From a virus (lineage: Duplodnaviria > Caudoviricetes): a stretch of 59,466 nucleotides of DNA. The number at the start of each line of letters is the position of its first letter. The stretch's first letter is position 1. Where the stretch lies: the IMG/VR virus record IMGVR_UViG_3300034065_000059, positions 1 to 59,466 of that record, one strand, 5' to 3'. Positions 1 through 8,168 of this stretch are shown piece after piece. The position numbers and the translations under genes are program-made. A model generated the notes under the pieces. It searched no databases, was not told the origin of the DNA, and worked only from the letters and a program-made list of their open reading frames with translations.

Positions 1-129
1 TCGGGTCTAGGATGATGCCAATAGTCATGCAAAAACTCCTCTGAAGTTAGCCGGCGGTGTTGCTGGCGTTGTTTATTTAAATCCTTTGGCTTCGCACCAA
101 AGCTCAAGCGGCTCGGTAGAATGGTCATA
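1..129. repeat. Left copy of terminal direct repeat (circular overlap)
   Basis: Matches 59337..59466 except for two small indels near positions 30-40. Confidence 0.95.
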
Positions 130-339
130 CCAATCTTTGAGCGTAGCCATGGTTTTTTGAATATCAAATTTGCACATGTCTTTAAAGACCACCCAAAGCC
201 CGTAGCTTTTGCTTTGCGTCAATAGCAGGGCAATGCAGAGCGGGTTTAAAAACTTTGCGTCAGTTTCCATGATTTTTCCGAGCACGTTAAACGCCCCAGG
301 ATTGCCTTGTGCCACCTGCAATAGTGTTTGACCATCCAT
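73..339 (-). CDS. Hypothetical protein
   Basis: 88-aa ORF directly abutting the helicase stop; ATG start. Confidence 0.7.
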   Translation of the reverse strand: MDGQTLLQVAQGNPGAFNVLGKIMETDAKFLNPLCIALLLTQSKSYGLWVVFKDMCKFDIQKTMATLKDWYDHSTEPLELWCEAKGFK

Positions 340-1662
340 TTATCCCATTACCTCGTCAATGACCGCGCGTTTTTTCAAAACCGTTTCCAAAACAGCGCGG
401 TCTAAGCTGTCACGGAAAACTAGGTGCCGAATAAAAATAGTGTCGTGCGTGGTGCCAATTCGGTGAATACGGTCAATAGCCTGGTCTAAATCACCAGGGA
501 CCCACGGCGACTCCGCTACAAAAATTGTGCTTGCCTTTGTCAATGTAATGCCAATCGCCGCCGCCATGTTGCCGATAAAGACACGATGCTTGGCCGTGGT
601 CTGAAACCGCTTCACTAGCTCGTGCCTTGTCTTCATGGGCGTCTCACCAGTAACCACGAGCGGGCTAAACTCGTCAAGAGCTTTTTGAATATACGAAACG
701 GTTGACCGGTGAATGGCAAACACAAATACCGCTTCGTCCGTATTTTCCAGGGCCGCCTTGATATACGCGGCGCACGCTGGCGCTTTTTTCTCACCGAGTA
801 AACGCCTATAGGTTGACAATTCGAGCGTTTCGCCGTCGTCTAAATTTAGGTCTTGGGTGATATCGATGCGCGCCAAGTCTTCGGGCGAGTAGTGCCGCAA
901 AATCTTGGCGTCAAGCCGGCCGATTTCCTTGGGCGGACCTTCACCGATAAACACCAGTGACTCCATTTTCGGCGGAAGCTCGGGCATGACGTCGGCTTTT
1001 TTCATGCGTAGCATAAACGGGCCGATGACGCGCTTGCCCAACTCTTTAAGGTTAGACGCGCCTGAAAAATCCCAGTGCCCGCGCTCGTCTTGAAAGCCGT
1101 CGCAAAAAGCACGGCCGTAATCCCACACCGACATGTTGTTAATGGTGTGAGGCGCCCAAGAGTCAAGAATGGGGAAAAGCTCCAAAGGTCGATTGGGAAT
1201 GGGGCTACCTGACAGCGCCACCTTAGTGCCAAAAAGCGGGGTGATGATGCCAAAAAGCGCTAGGCTCCGTTGACTGTCCGGCGTCTTAAAGCGGTGGGCT
1301 TCGTCTACTATCAGCGTGCGCGCGCGTGCATGGTGGTAGACGGCAAAATCTTGTATTTCCTTTTGCACGTCGGCGCGGGCTATCAGGCTATCGGGCACTA
1401 TCCAAATGCAGGGGAATTGCATCGGGAAAAACGGCGCGCGGGACACGCGTAGGGGGCGCCGACACCAGCGGGTAAACTCATACTCCAGGTTGAGCACAAG
1501 GCTTGGTGGTGAAATGACGAGCGTGGCGCTATTCAAATGGTTATGAATGAGCGCCGCCACCACTGACTTCCCCAGCCCCATGTCAAGCGCAAGATAAGAC
1601 GCCTGCCGCTTTAGCGCGAAATCAACGGCGGTGAGTTGGAAGGGCTTAGGGGTGAGGGTCAC
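340..1662 (-). CDS. SNF2-family (SF2) DNA helicase
   Basis: Motif I DMGLGKS, motif II IVDEAH, motif III SGSP, motif VI QAIDRIHRIG. Confidence 0.92.
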   Translation of the reverse strand: MTLTPKPFQLTAVDFALKRQASYLALDMGLGKSVVAALIHNHLNSATLVISPPSLVLNLEYEFTRWCRRPLRVSRAPFFPMQFPCIWIVPDSLIARADVQKEIQDFAVYHHARARTLIVDEAHRFKTPDSQRSLALFGIITPLFGTKVALSGSPIPNRPLELFPILDSWAPHTINNMSVWDYGRAFCDGFQDERGHWDFSGASNLKELGKRVIGPFMLRMKKADVMPELPPKMESLVFIGEGPPKEIGRLDAKILRHYSPEDLARIDITQDLNLDDGETLELSTYRRLLGEKKAPACAAYIKAALENTDEAVFVFAIHRSTVSYIQKALDEFSPLVVTGETPMKTRHELVKRFQTTAKHRVFIGNMAAAIGITLTKASTIFVAESPWVPGDLDQAIDRIHRIGTTHDTIFIRHLVFRDSLDRAVLETVLKKRAVIDEVMG

Positions 1663-1858
1663 TTACGTTTTGCCGCTCTTGCCATTTGGTCTTTAACCGC
1701 TGCAGTAGAGAATCGTGCCTACGCTTTATTTCATCCCTCTCTTTGATCGCGGCGCGAAGGGCGTCTACAAATCTTTGTAATTCGCCAAATTCAAAATCTT
1801 TCTCAGCGTCACATTCAGCCAGTAAATCATCCGGCGTCGGCTTAGGCTGGTCGCTCAT
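1646..1858 (-). CDS. Hypothetical coiled-coil protein
   Basis: ATG at 1858 after GGAGGGG, in ATGA overlap with the upstream ORF. Confidence 0.6.
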   Translation of the reverse strand: MSDQPKPTPDDLLAECDAEKDFEFGELQRFVDALRAAIKERDEIKRRHDSLLQRLKTKWQERQNVSDPHP

Positions 1859-1995
1859 TTCCCCTCCAGGCAATAAAGCGTGAACAAATCATCAAGCACC
1901 CGCTCGCGGTCATCGCGGTCTAAGCTATCGAGAATCGTCGCCAAGACACCGCAGACGGCTTGCAAGTATTCCTTGGTGTAGTTTTCGGTGGTCAT
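1855..1995 (-). CDS. Small hypothetical protein (46 aa, MTTENYTKEYLQAVCGVL...), absent from the ORF track
   Basis: ATGA overlaps at both ends; fills the gap in the operon. Confidence 0.6.
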   Translation of the reverse strand: MTTENYTKEYLQAVCGVLATILDSLDRDDRERVLDDLFTLYCLEGK

Positions 1996-2210
1996 CGGTG
2001 CGTCCTCGCCTTTTCAAACCACTGCTCAAGACCGCAAGTGCATGGCCCTGTACCATCCACCCGCTTGTCTTTTAGTAGGCAGGTGTCGGCATGTGTCATG
2101 TAGTCCTTAGCTTGATTAACAAGCTCCTTGGCTTCCACGCAAAATGGGCAATATGCGTATTCTTTGGAAGTCGCCCAGCTATGAATATGGCATTCGCTTC
2201 TAGTAGTCAT
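1992..2210 (-). CDS. Hypothetical Cys/His-rich (possible Zn-binding) protein
   Basis: CHIH..CPFC and HADTC..CTCG motifs; coupled to neighbouring ORFs. Confidence 0.65.
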   Translation of the reverse strand: MTTRSECHIHSWATSKEYAYCPFCVEAKELVNQAKDYMTHADTCLLKDKRVDGTGPCTCGLEQWFEKARTHR

Positions 2211-2437
2211 TTCTCCCCCACTGCGTCACTGGCGGCCTTGGCGAAGGCGTCGTATGAAACTATATCTTCGCCGTAGCCGTAGCCGGAGCCGGAGCCGTCG
2301 CCGTTGCCGTAGCCGTTGCCGTCGCCGTAGCCGGAGCCGTCGCCGTCGCCGGAGCCGTAGCCGTAGCCGTAGCCGTAGCCGTAGCCGTAGCCGTAGCCGG
2401 AGCACCATTCAGGCAATTTGCCTTTGATTACTGCCAT
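2207..2437 (-). CDS. Gly-Tyr/Gly-Asp repeat protein, copy 1
   Basis: MAVIKGKLPEWC followed by (GY/GD/GS)n; paralogue at 55294..55560. Confidence 0.7.
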   Translation of the reverse strand: MAVIKGKLPEWCSGYGYGYGYGYGYGYGSGDGDGSGYGDGNGYGNGDGSGSGYGYGEDIVSYDAFAKAASDAVGEK

Positions 2438-2487
2438 GGGGCATCTTCCCAAGCCTTAACCGCTTCTGGGTTAACTTCCAAGCTCAT
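2428..2487 (-). pseudogene. 19-codon remnant of the C-terminus of the 55551..55865 gene family
   Basis: MSLEVNPEAVKAWEDAPWQ* aligns with VIEVTDEASKAWESAPWS*. Confidence 0.7.
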
Positions 2488-2741
2488 TTGGTTTCTTTCT
2501 CCGGCTTTGCTGGCGGGCGGAGATCTCGACAGCCACTAGGTCCGTAGCCTTCTTTGACGCCCTCGTAAGTAAACTCAACGTGAGCATCCGCAAGTACATC
2601 TTGCGCTAGGGCAAATATTGTTGATTGCGCGTAATCGCCACAGTTGCGGCATTTTAGAAGAAATGGCATGACCCAGTTTGCTTGGCCCTGCGCGATCATT
2701 TGTGTTTTGCATTTCGAGCATACGTATAGATTCTTCCTCAT
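2484..2741 (-). CDS. Hypothetical zinc-ribbon protein
   Basis: CSKC..CRNC; AGGAG SD. Confidence 0.7.
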   Translation of the reverse strand: MRKNLYVCSKCKTQMIAQGQANWVMPFLLKCRNCGDYAQSTIFALAQDVLADAHVEFTYEGVKEGYGPSGCRDLRPPAKPEKETK

Positions 2742-2768
2742 TCGTTTTCTCCTAAAGTTTCAGGCGCA

Positions 2769-2951
2769 TTAATCCCCCTTCGGCCAATACATCGGCTTAA
2801 TCGGTAACACGTTCTCAGCATCAGTCCCAAGAAACGGGAAATTGCGAATGTCGCGCGCTAGCTGATATTCGTAGTCATGATAATCTCGCCATTCATCGGT
2901 GAGAGGCGTGAGCGTGCGGTTGATGTCGTCATTAGGGTTTTTGGTAGTCAT
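2769..2951 (-). CDS. Hypothetical protein
   Basis: ATG at 2951 after GGAG. Confidence 0.55.
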   Translation of the reverse strand: MTTKNPNDDINRTLTPLTDEWRDYHDYEYQLARDIRNFPFLGTDAENVLPIKPMYWPKGD

Positions 2952-3091
2952 GGATGCGCTCCAAATAGGTTTGTTGAACCGAAAAAAAGCAAGATTTAAA
3001 AGAACTTGTAACCAACTTTTGGAAACCGGCACGACACCATCGTGCTGGAAGCCACCATCGACGCCATCATCATCCCTCGGCCGGTCATGAT

Positions 3092-3274
3092 TCAGCACAT
3101 GTGCCTGGACAAGGCGTACGGAATCTCCCGCATCCTCTCAAGGCAATCCCCAAGCATCAGCGCGTATGAATCTTTGACAATCGTCGTAGACACATCATAT
3201 ATATCCCAAGGCCCCGGCGTCGCCGCCTCAGAAATCTCCCGCGCTCGCGCAAGCAGGGATGGTAGGTCGGTCAT
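3092..3274 (-). CDS. Ead/Ea22-like N-terminus, possibly chimeric
   Basis: EAATPGPW motif; C-terminal LMLGDCLERMREIP resembles the start of a DNA methyltransferase. Confidence 0.5.
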   Translation of the reverse strand: MTDLPSLLARAREISEAATPGPWDIYDVSTTIVKDSYALMLGDCLERMREIPYALSRHMC

Positions 3275-3483
3275 TCTTTCGCCCTCGCTTTGCTTAGCGC
3301 TTCATAGGCGCGTTGTAATTCGGTGGCTAAATCAATTCTTTGTTGCTGACATTTCTGCCGCGCTTTGGTTTCAATAGCCAAATGGTGCAGCGCTTGCCGC
3401 AAGGCAACGTAGGCTTGTGGCTCTGGATCGGTGCGGGATTTATTAGCATCCCATTCCGCTAGCACGGCGTGTGGGTCAATCAT
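3271..3483 (-). CDS. Hypothetical protein
   Basis: ATGA overlaps on both sides. Confidence 0.6.
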   Translation of the reverse strand: MIDPHAVLAEWDANKSRTDPEPQAYVALRQALHHLAIETKARQKCQQQRIDLATELQRAYEALSKARAKE

Positions 3484-3959
3484 TTGGCTTTGCCCCGGCT
3501 AAGAATGCCGGCTTTGTCGCCGAATGTCAGATAACTCGGCATTTCGGTTTTGACTTCAGTGGCGACAATGTCAAAGGCGTGCCGGTATTCATGACACCAG
3601 CGCTCATGCCATTCAAAACCAAATTTTTCCTTGCTGCACTCGCAACCCGCTTGACCTTTGCCCTTGCACAATTGGCAATGCAAATCCTTGCCCGCGCATT
3701 TGCAGATAATGGGCTTAAAGGCTGCCGGTGACTCAATACCAAAAAGCCATTTGTTATCGACTCTTTTTTGCCGCTCATAGATCAAATTGCGATTAGCTTC
3801 GCTATCAAAAAGCACTTGACCGGTGACCGGGCATTTAATTGTTTTATTGCGTGTCATGCTTCCCGTCCCTCTACAAAACTGACAAAAACTCATTTCGTCT
3901 GTGACACCCCTGCCATGACATGCACGGCACGGCATCCAATCTTGGTGTTGCTCGGTCAT
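3480..3959 (-). CDS. Protein with DnaJ-type CxxCxGxG zinc-finger repeats
   Basis: CRACHGRG, CQFCRGTG, CQLCKGKG. Confidence 0.65.
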   Translation of the reverse strand: MTEQHQDWMPCRACHGRGVTDEMSFCQFCRGTGSMTRNKTIKCPVTGQVLFDSEANRNLIYERQKRVDNKWLFGIESPAAFKPIICKCAGKDLHCQLCKGKGQAGCECSKEKFGFEWHERWCHEYRHAFDIVATEVKTEMPSYLTFGDKAGILSRGKAK

Positions 3960-4002
3960 AGTCAAGCCCCATGGATAGTGTGTAGTCAAATTTGGAAGTC
4001 TT

Positions 4003-4031
4003 AAGTTAATTTTTTATTGCGGACTTGTCAA
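4003..4031 (-). promoter_or_regulatory. Sigma-70-type leftward promoter
   Basis: TTGACA-N17-TAACTT on the minus strand in the divergent intergenic region. Confidence 0.6.
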
Positions 4032-4088
4032 GCTTCAAGGCACGATGCCCGAGCTATCCAAAAAATCTGCCACTGGAGTTACCGCCGC

Positions 4089-4310
4089 ATGGGCCGTTTT
4101 CACGAATGGATTGACAAATACGGGCGCGCTAACCTCGCTCGCACGCTTAACGTCTCGGGTGCCACCATTACTTATTGGCTGACGGGGGCAACGTCTCCGA
4201 AATCTGCCACCATGGTTAAACTCGTGGAATTAAGTAAAGGGAAAATCACTTTACACGACATATTGCTAGACACGGGCAAAATCCCCCCGCGCAAAGCGAA
4301 GGGGAAATAA
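4089..4310 (+). CDS. Cro-like HTH regulator
   Basis: GRANLARTLNVSGATITYWLTGATSP helix-turn-helix; divergent position. Confidence 0.8.
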   Translation: MGRFHEWIDKYGRANLARTLNVSGATITYWLTGATSPKSATMVKLVELSKGKITLHDILLDTGKIPPRKAKGK

Positions 4311-6587
4311 ATGCTGGCTGAAGCTAAACGACTCTATTCATTGGGTTTTGGAATTCTTTGGCTGCATCCCAAAGAAAAGCGCCCCATTGATAGCGGCTGG
4401 GCATCCGGCCCGCGCAAAATGTGGAGCGCCCTGGAAAAACAATTTAAACCCGGCATGAATATGGGCGTGCGTCTCGGCTCGGCGTCCAAAATAGGCGGTG
4501 ACAAGTATTTAGCCGTGATTGATTGTGACGTCAAAAGCACCGATGCCCGCCACCAAAAGGAAATGGTGGCCGCCGTGCGGGCGCTTTTCCCTGACCTTGA
4601 TTTGGGTGGTCCACGGGTGGTGACCGGGCGCGGCAACGGCTCATGTCATATATATGTGGCGACGAAAGCGCCGGCACAAAAGTGCGAGTTGGCAAAATCG
4701 GGCGAAGTTGTCAAGGTCAAAATGCCGTCGGCGGGAGTGCCCTCAAAGCGTGAAAAAGCCGAATTGTCAAGTGAAGAGTTAGCGGCCGGCTGGCGCCTTC
4801 GGGCCGCTTGGGAAATCTCATTTATGGGGGACGGGCAGCAAGTGGTCTTGCCCCCTTCGGTCCACCCGGACAGCGGCGCCTGCTACCGCTGGTTTAAGCC
4901 GCTTGGGGCTTTGCAGGTGGTCACGGCAGCCCCGGCAACGGCTAAACGCGCTGAGAGCCCCAAAAAGGGGCTTAGCGGCGGGTTTAAGGTGGTGGACGTG
5001 GGCGCGGCAGCGGCCAAGCTCCCGGAGCGGGCGCGGGCGCTATGGGAAGGTGGCGACGGTGGCACAGGCAACCGGAGCGATGACCTATACCGTTTTTGTA
5101 TAGCGGCATTTAGGGCTGGCCTTAGTGATGACGAAATCCTGACCTTGACCACTGAGCGTGGGACTTACGTTGGGGAAGTCGCTTACGCGCCCAACCACCG
5201 CAACACGAGCAACCGGCAATATGCGGGCTCATGGGTGCGTGACTACACCATGGTAAAGGCGCGTGAGCGGGCAAGCGGGGCGCATGATTTCACGGCGGTG
5301 GAAAATGTTGAAGACATTGCCGAGCCAAAATTATCGGACGCGGACGCCGTGGCCCAAGAAAAGGAATTAACTGAAAAAGACCCTGACGGGCTTGACGTCA
5401 CCAAGGAAGGGGCAATTAAAAACACCACCAGGAATGTCAAGAAAATGCTGGTCAAGGCATTTGGCCCAAATATTTTCCGGCTTAATGATTTTTCGGGGCG
5501 CTATATTCATGGGGTGGACACGCCGTGGGCAAAAAAGGATAGCGAATTAAAAGATAAACACGTCGTCCTGGCAATGAATTGGTTTTCGGAATTACCGCGC
5601 CGTTTTGAGCCAAGCCTAGACCGTATTCAAAATATCGTCACCATTGTGGGCGAAGCTAACATTTTTCACCCGGTCCGGGATTATTTGGATAGCTTGGTAT
5701 GGGACGGGCGCCCTCGTATTGACACCTGGTTAAAGGATTTCCTTAATGTCACGGGCGCGCCTGAGCCCTATTTAGCCGAAGTTTCGTCTAAAACGTTAGT
5801 TGCCATGGTGGCGCGCATTTTTGAGCCGGGAGTGCATTACGACACGGTCTTAGTTATTGAAGGTGACCAGGGTATACGAAAATCAACCTCCCTGCGGGCA
5901 TTAGCGTCTGACCCGTGGTTTACCGACTCCCGCATTGACATACATGACAAAGATTCGGTGGGCATCATGGCGGGGCGTTGGCTCGTGGAAATGGGGGAAA
6001 TCACCACCATCCGCGCTAACGACGTTGAGGATATGAAGGCTTTCCTAAGCCGGCGCACCGATCGGATGCGGCCGCCCTATGGGCGTCTTACTGAAGACTT
6101 CCCACGCCAGTGCATTTTAGTGGGCACTACCAACCAAAATACTTATTTACGCGACCCTACCGGTGAACGGCGTTTTTGGCCGGTGAAAGCTTGGCAATGC
6201 GATGTTGAGGGCATCGCCGCCGCGCGTGACCAATTGTGGGCGGAAGCCCGCTGGCGCTACCTGGAGGGGGGCGAATATCTTATGCACCTATCACCGGAAG
6301 CGGAGCGGCAAGCACGGATTGAGCAAGATAAGCGCACGTTAGACGACTCCGTACGGGAAGACGTACTTGACTATTTAAATGCATTACGCGAGTTGCCGGA
6401 AGCCGAGCGCAAGCTTAACCCTGATGCTTTCACCTTGGCGGAGCTTTTAGGTAGTGGCGCGACATTTGCTAATCGCACGGACCAAGCCTATCAAAACCGA
6501 ATTGCGTCAATAATTAAAAAAGCCGGGTATTCATTAATCCATAAAAGAATAAGAGGGATTAAAAGACGGCTTTGGGTGACAAATTGA
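4311..6587 (+). CDS. Bifunctional primase-polymerase fused to a VapE-type helicase
   Basis: N-terminal KRP..NMGVRLG..VIDCDVK..H..VVLPPSVHP; C-terminal FHPVRDYL..WDG, Walker A GDQGIRKST, VGTTN..DPTGERRFWP. Confidence 0.92.
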   Translation: MLAEAKRLYSLGFGILWLHPKEKRPIDSGWASGPRKMWSALEKQFKPGMNMGVRLGSASKIGGDKYLAVIDCDVKSTDARHQKEMVAAVRALFPDLDLGGPRVVTGRGNGSCHIYVATKAPAQKCELAKSGEVVKVKMPSAGVPSKREKAELSSEELAAGWRLRAAWEISFMGDGQQVVLPPSVHPDSGACYRWFKPLGALQVVTAAPATAKRAESPKKGLSGGFKVVDVGAAAAKLPERARALWEGGDGGTGNRSDDLYRFCIAAFRAGLSDDEILTLTTERGTYVGEVAYAPNHRNTSNRQYAGSWVRDYTMVKARERASGAHDFTAVENVEDIAEPKLSDADAVAQEKELTEKDPDGLDVTKEGAIKNTTRNVKKMLVKAFGPNIFRLNDFSGRYIHGVDTPWAKKDSELKDKHVVLAMNWFSELPRRFEPSLDRIQNIVTIVGEANIFHPVRDYLDSLVWDGRPRIDTWLKDFLNVTGAPEPYLAEVSSKTLVAMVARIFEPGVHYDTVLVIEGDQGIRKSTSLRALASDPWFTDSRIDIHDKDSVGIMAGRWLVEMGEITTIRANDVEDMKAFLSRRTDRMRPPYGRLTEDFPRQCILVGTTNQNTYLRDPTGERRFWPVKAWQCDVEGIAAARDQLWAEARWRYLEGGEYLMHLSPEAERQARIEQDKRTLDDSVREDVLDYLNALRELPEAERKLNPDAFTLAELLGSGATFANRTDQAYQNRIASIIKKAGYSLIHKRIRGIKRRLWVTN

Positions 6588-6590
6588 AAA

Positions 6591-6880
6591 GTTCCGGCTG
6601 TGTACCGCTAGGTTCCGCTATAGGGCGGAACTGTCATAGTCAACAAAAACACCATGTTATGGTGTACTGTTCCGCTGTTCCGCTATACTATATAAGAGTT
6701 ATGTTTAGATACCTAGAAAGGGGCTTGGGTGGCACCTATGGTGGGGGGGGGTGTCTGGCGGGTTACACGGGCACCCTATAGGGGGGGTATAGGGGAACAC
6801 CGGGACACCCACATATTTCGTAAACATATCAGTAACTTAGCAAATTTTTGGGGGCGGAACCTAGCGGAACAAGCAGGAAC
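6591..6880. promoter_or_regulatory. Putative replication origin
   Basis: GTTCCGC/GCGGAAC repeats in inverted arrangement plus G-runs, immediately after the primase-helicase gene. Confidence 0.6.
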
Positions 6881-6931
6881 AAAAACAGGTAAAATAGCCA
6901 AAACAAATCATGTTTAATTGGGAGAAATTCA

Positions 6932-7072
6932 ATGGAAATCGTAAAAAATAAATGCCCGCGAGATAAATTTAATGCCGACGGTGTGCTTGAATACCGTTTT
7001 GATCAAATTTTTTTCGGCCCGCCCTTCGGTGGGGTAATTAAGCGCGGGAAAAAAGATCGGACGCTTTCATGA
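6932..7072 (+). CDS. Small hypothetical protein (46 aa), absent from the ORF track
   Basis: GGAG SD; MEIVKNKCPRDKF...; ATGA overlap with the resolvase. Confidence 0.5.
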   Translation: MEIVKNKCPRDKFNADGVLEYRFDQIFFGPPFGGVIKRGKKDRTLS

Positions 7073-7560
7073 CCAATAAAGTAATTATTGGCATCGACCC
7101 AGGCCAAACCGGTGGCGTGGCAATTATATATGGCGCGGAAATTAAATTGCACGTGATGCCCGATATTTTGGCTTTCGCCAAAATCCTCGAAGACGAATGG
7201 ATTTGGGGCACGCCCATTATTTATATTGAAAAGGCACAGAGCTTTCCCAAAGGCGGTGTGGCCGGCATGTTTAACTATGGTCGTCACTTTGGTGAGTTGC
7301 TTGGTGTCATCGCCGCGCTAAAAATTCCGCACGTGCTCGTGCCGCCAGCGGTGTGGCCGCGTGTCGTGTGCGCCGGCTGCAAGGGCGGCAATCCAAAAGC
7401 GCGCAACGTCGAAGCCGCGCGTCGGCTATTTCCGACAGTCAATTTGCTCGCGACGGCGCGAAGCAAAGTGCCGCACCTCGGCTTAACCGACGCCCTATTA
7501 ATCTGTCACTATGGTGTCTTAAAAGAGCGTGGCATTGACAAACCATCAAAAGCCGGTTAG
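7069..7560 (+). CDS. RuvC-like Holliday junction resolvase
   Basis: IIGIDPG, YIEK, MFNYGRHFG, DALLI. Confidence 0.85.
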   Translation: MTNKVIIGIDPGQTGGVAIIYGAEIKLHVMPDILAFAKILEDEWIWGTPIIYIEKAQSFPKGGVAGMFNYGRHFGELLGVIAALKIPHVLVPPAVWPRVVCAGCKGGNPKARNVEAARRLFPTVNLLATARSKVPHLGLTDALLICHYGVLKERGIDKPSKAG

Positions 7561-7597
7561 TGCTTTATACTTACAACCATCTTGCGGGGAAATCTAA

Positions 7598-7879
7598 ATG
7601 GCTATCACAAAGAAAAAGTCGGTTAAGAGTCAGTTCCCAGTCAACTTCAAAATTGACGATGTTGCGCACGGTAAAATGCTTGCCAATGCCAAACGCCATA
7701 CACAAGGAAATATCACGGCGTGGTTGTCTCATGCTGCCGTGCATTGCCCGGCGCCGGTGAAGCCGATCGCCGTCAAGTACGCGCGCAAGGCGCCCGGTAC
7801 AAAGACCGCTGCCACCCGCAAGCGCTCGCCGGTCAAAGCGAAGGCGGGTAAGGGCAAGCGCAAGGTGAAAAAAGCTTAA
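7598..7879 (+). CDS. Small basic DNA-binding protein (RHH-like N-terminus, Lys-rich tail)
   Basis: Beta-helix-helix pattern followed by a K/A/R-rich C-terminus. Confidence 0.6.
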   Translation: MAITKKKSVKSQFPVNFKIDDVAHGKMLANAKRHTQGNITAWLSHAAVHCPAPVKPIAVKYARKAPGTKTAATRKRSPVKAKAGKGKRKVKKA

Positions 7880-7886
7880 TGCCCGC

Positions 7887-8094
7887 TTGCCATATAAAAC
7901 AGCCGTGAAATCGACGGCGCTTATGCGCCACCTCATTCGCCTGGTGACGCCGCCAGGCGGGACAGTGCTAGACCCGTTCATGGGCTCGGGCTCTACCGGG
8001 GTAGCAGCTAAAGCAGAAAAATAAGCGCTTTATCGGTATTGAAAAGTGCGAAGAGTACCATCAAATAGCGGCTGACCGCTTAGCCGCTAGCTAA
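7887..8094 (+). pseudogene. C-terminal fragment of an N4/N6 DNA methyltransferase, frameshifted
   Basis: VKSTALMRHLIRLVTPPGGTVLDPFMGSGSTGVAA, then an extra A in the run at 8017-8021, then KRFIGIEKCEEYHQIAADRL*. Confidence 0.88.
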
Positions 8095-8097
8095 AGC

Positions 8098-8142
8098 CTT
8101 GACTCTATTCTGCCGAGCACACACAATAGGTATAGAGTCAAG
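8098..8142 (+). promoter_or_regulatory. Putative promoter/operator upstream of terS
   Basis: TTGACT-N17-CACAAT bracketed by the 11-bp inverted repeat CTTGACTCTAT/ATAGAGTCAAG. Confidence 0.45.
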
Positions 8143-8168
8143 CAACAAATAACAGCGAAAAAGTAACG

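Noticed and set aside
2226-2408. Arg-Leu repeat ORFs (also 55301..55531)
   Set aside because: Alternative frames of the Gly-repeat microsatellites; the Gly frame has the conserved N-terminus and the coupled start
2753-2760. TAAAGTTT sigma-28 -35 box
   Set aside because: No GCCGATAA-like -10 at the proper spacing, and it points against local genes
6572-6917. Two short ORFs after the primase gene
   Set aside because: They cross repeats and G-runs, with weak starts; an origin explains the region better
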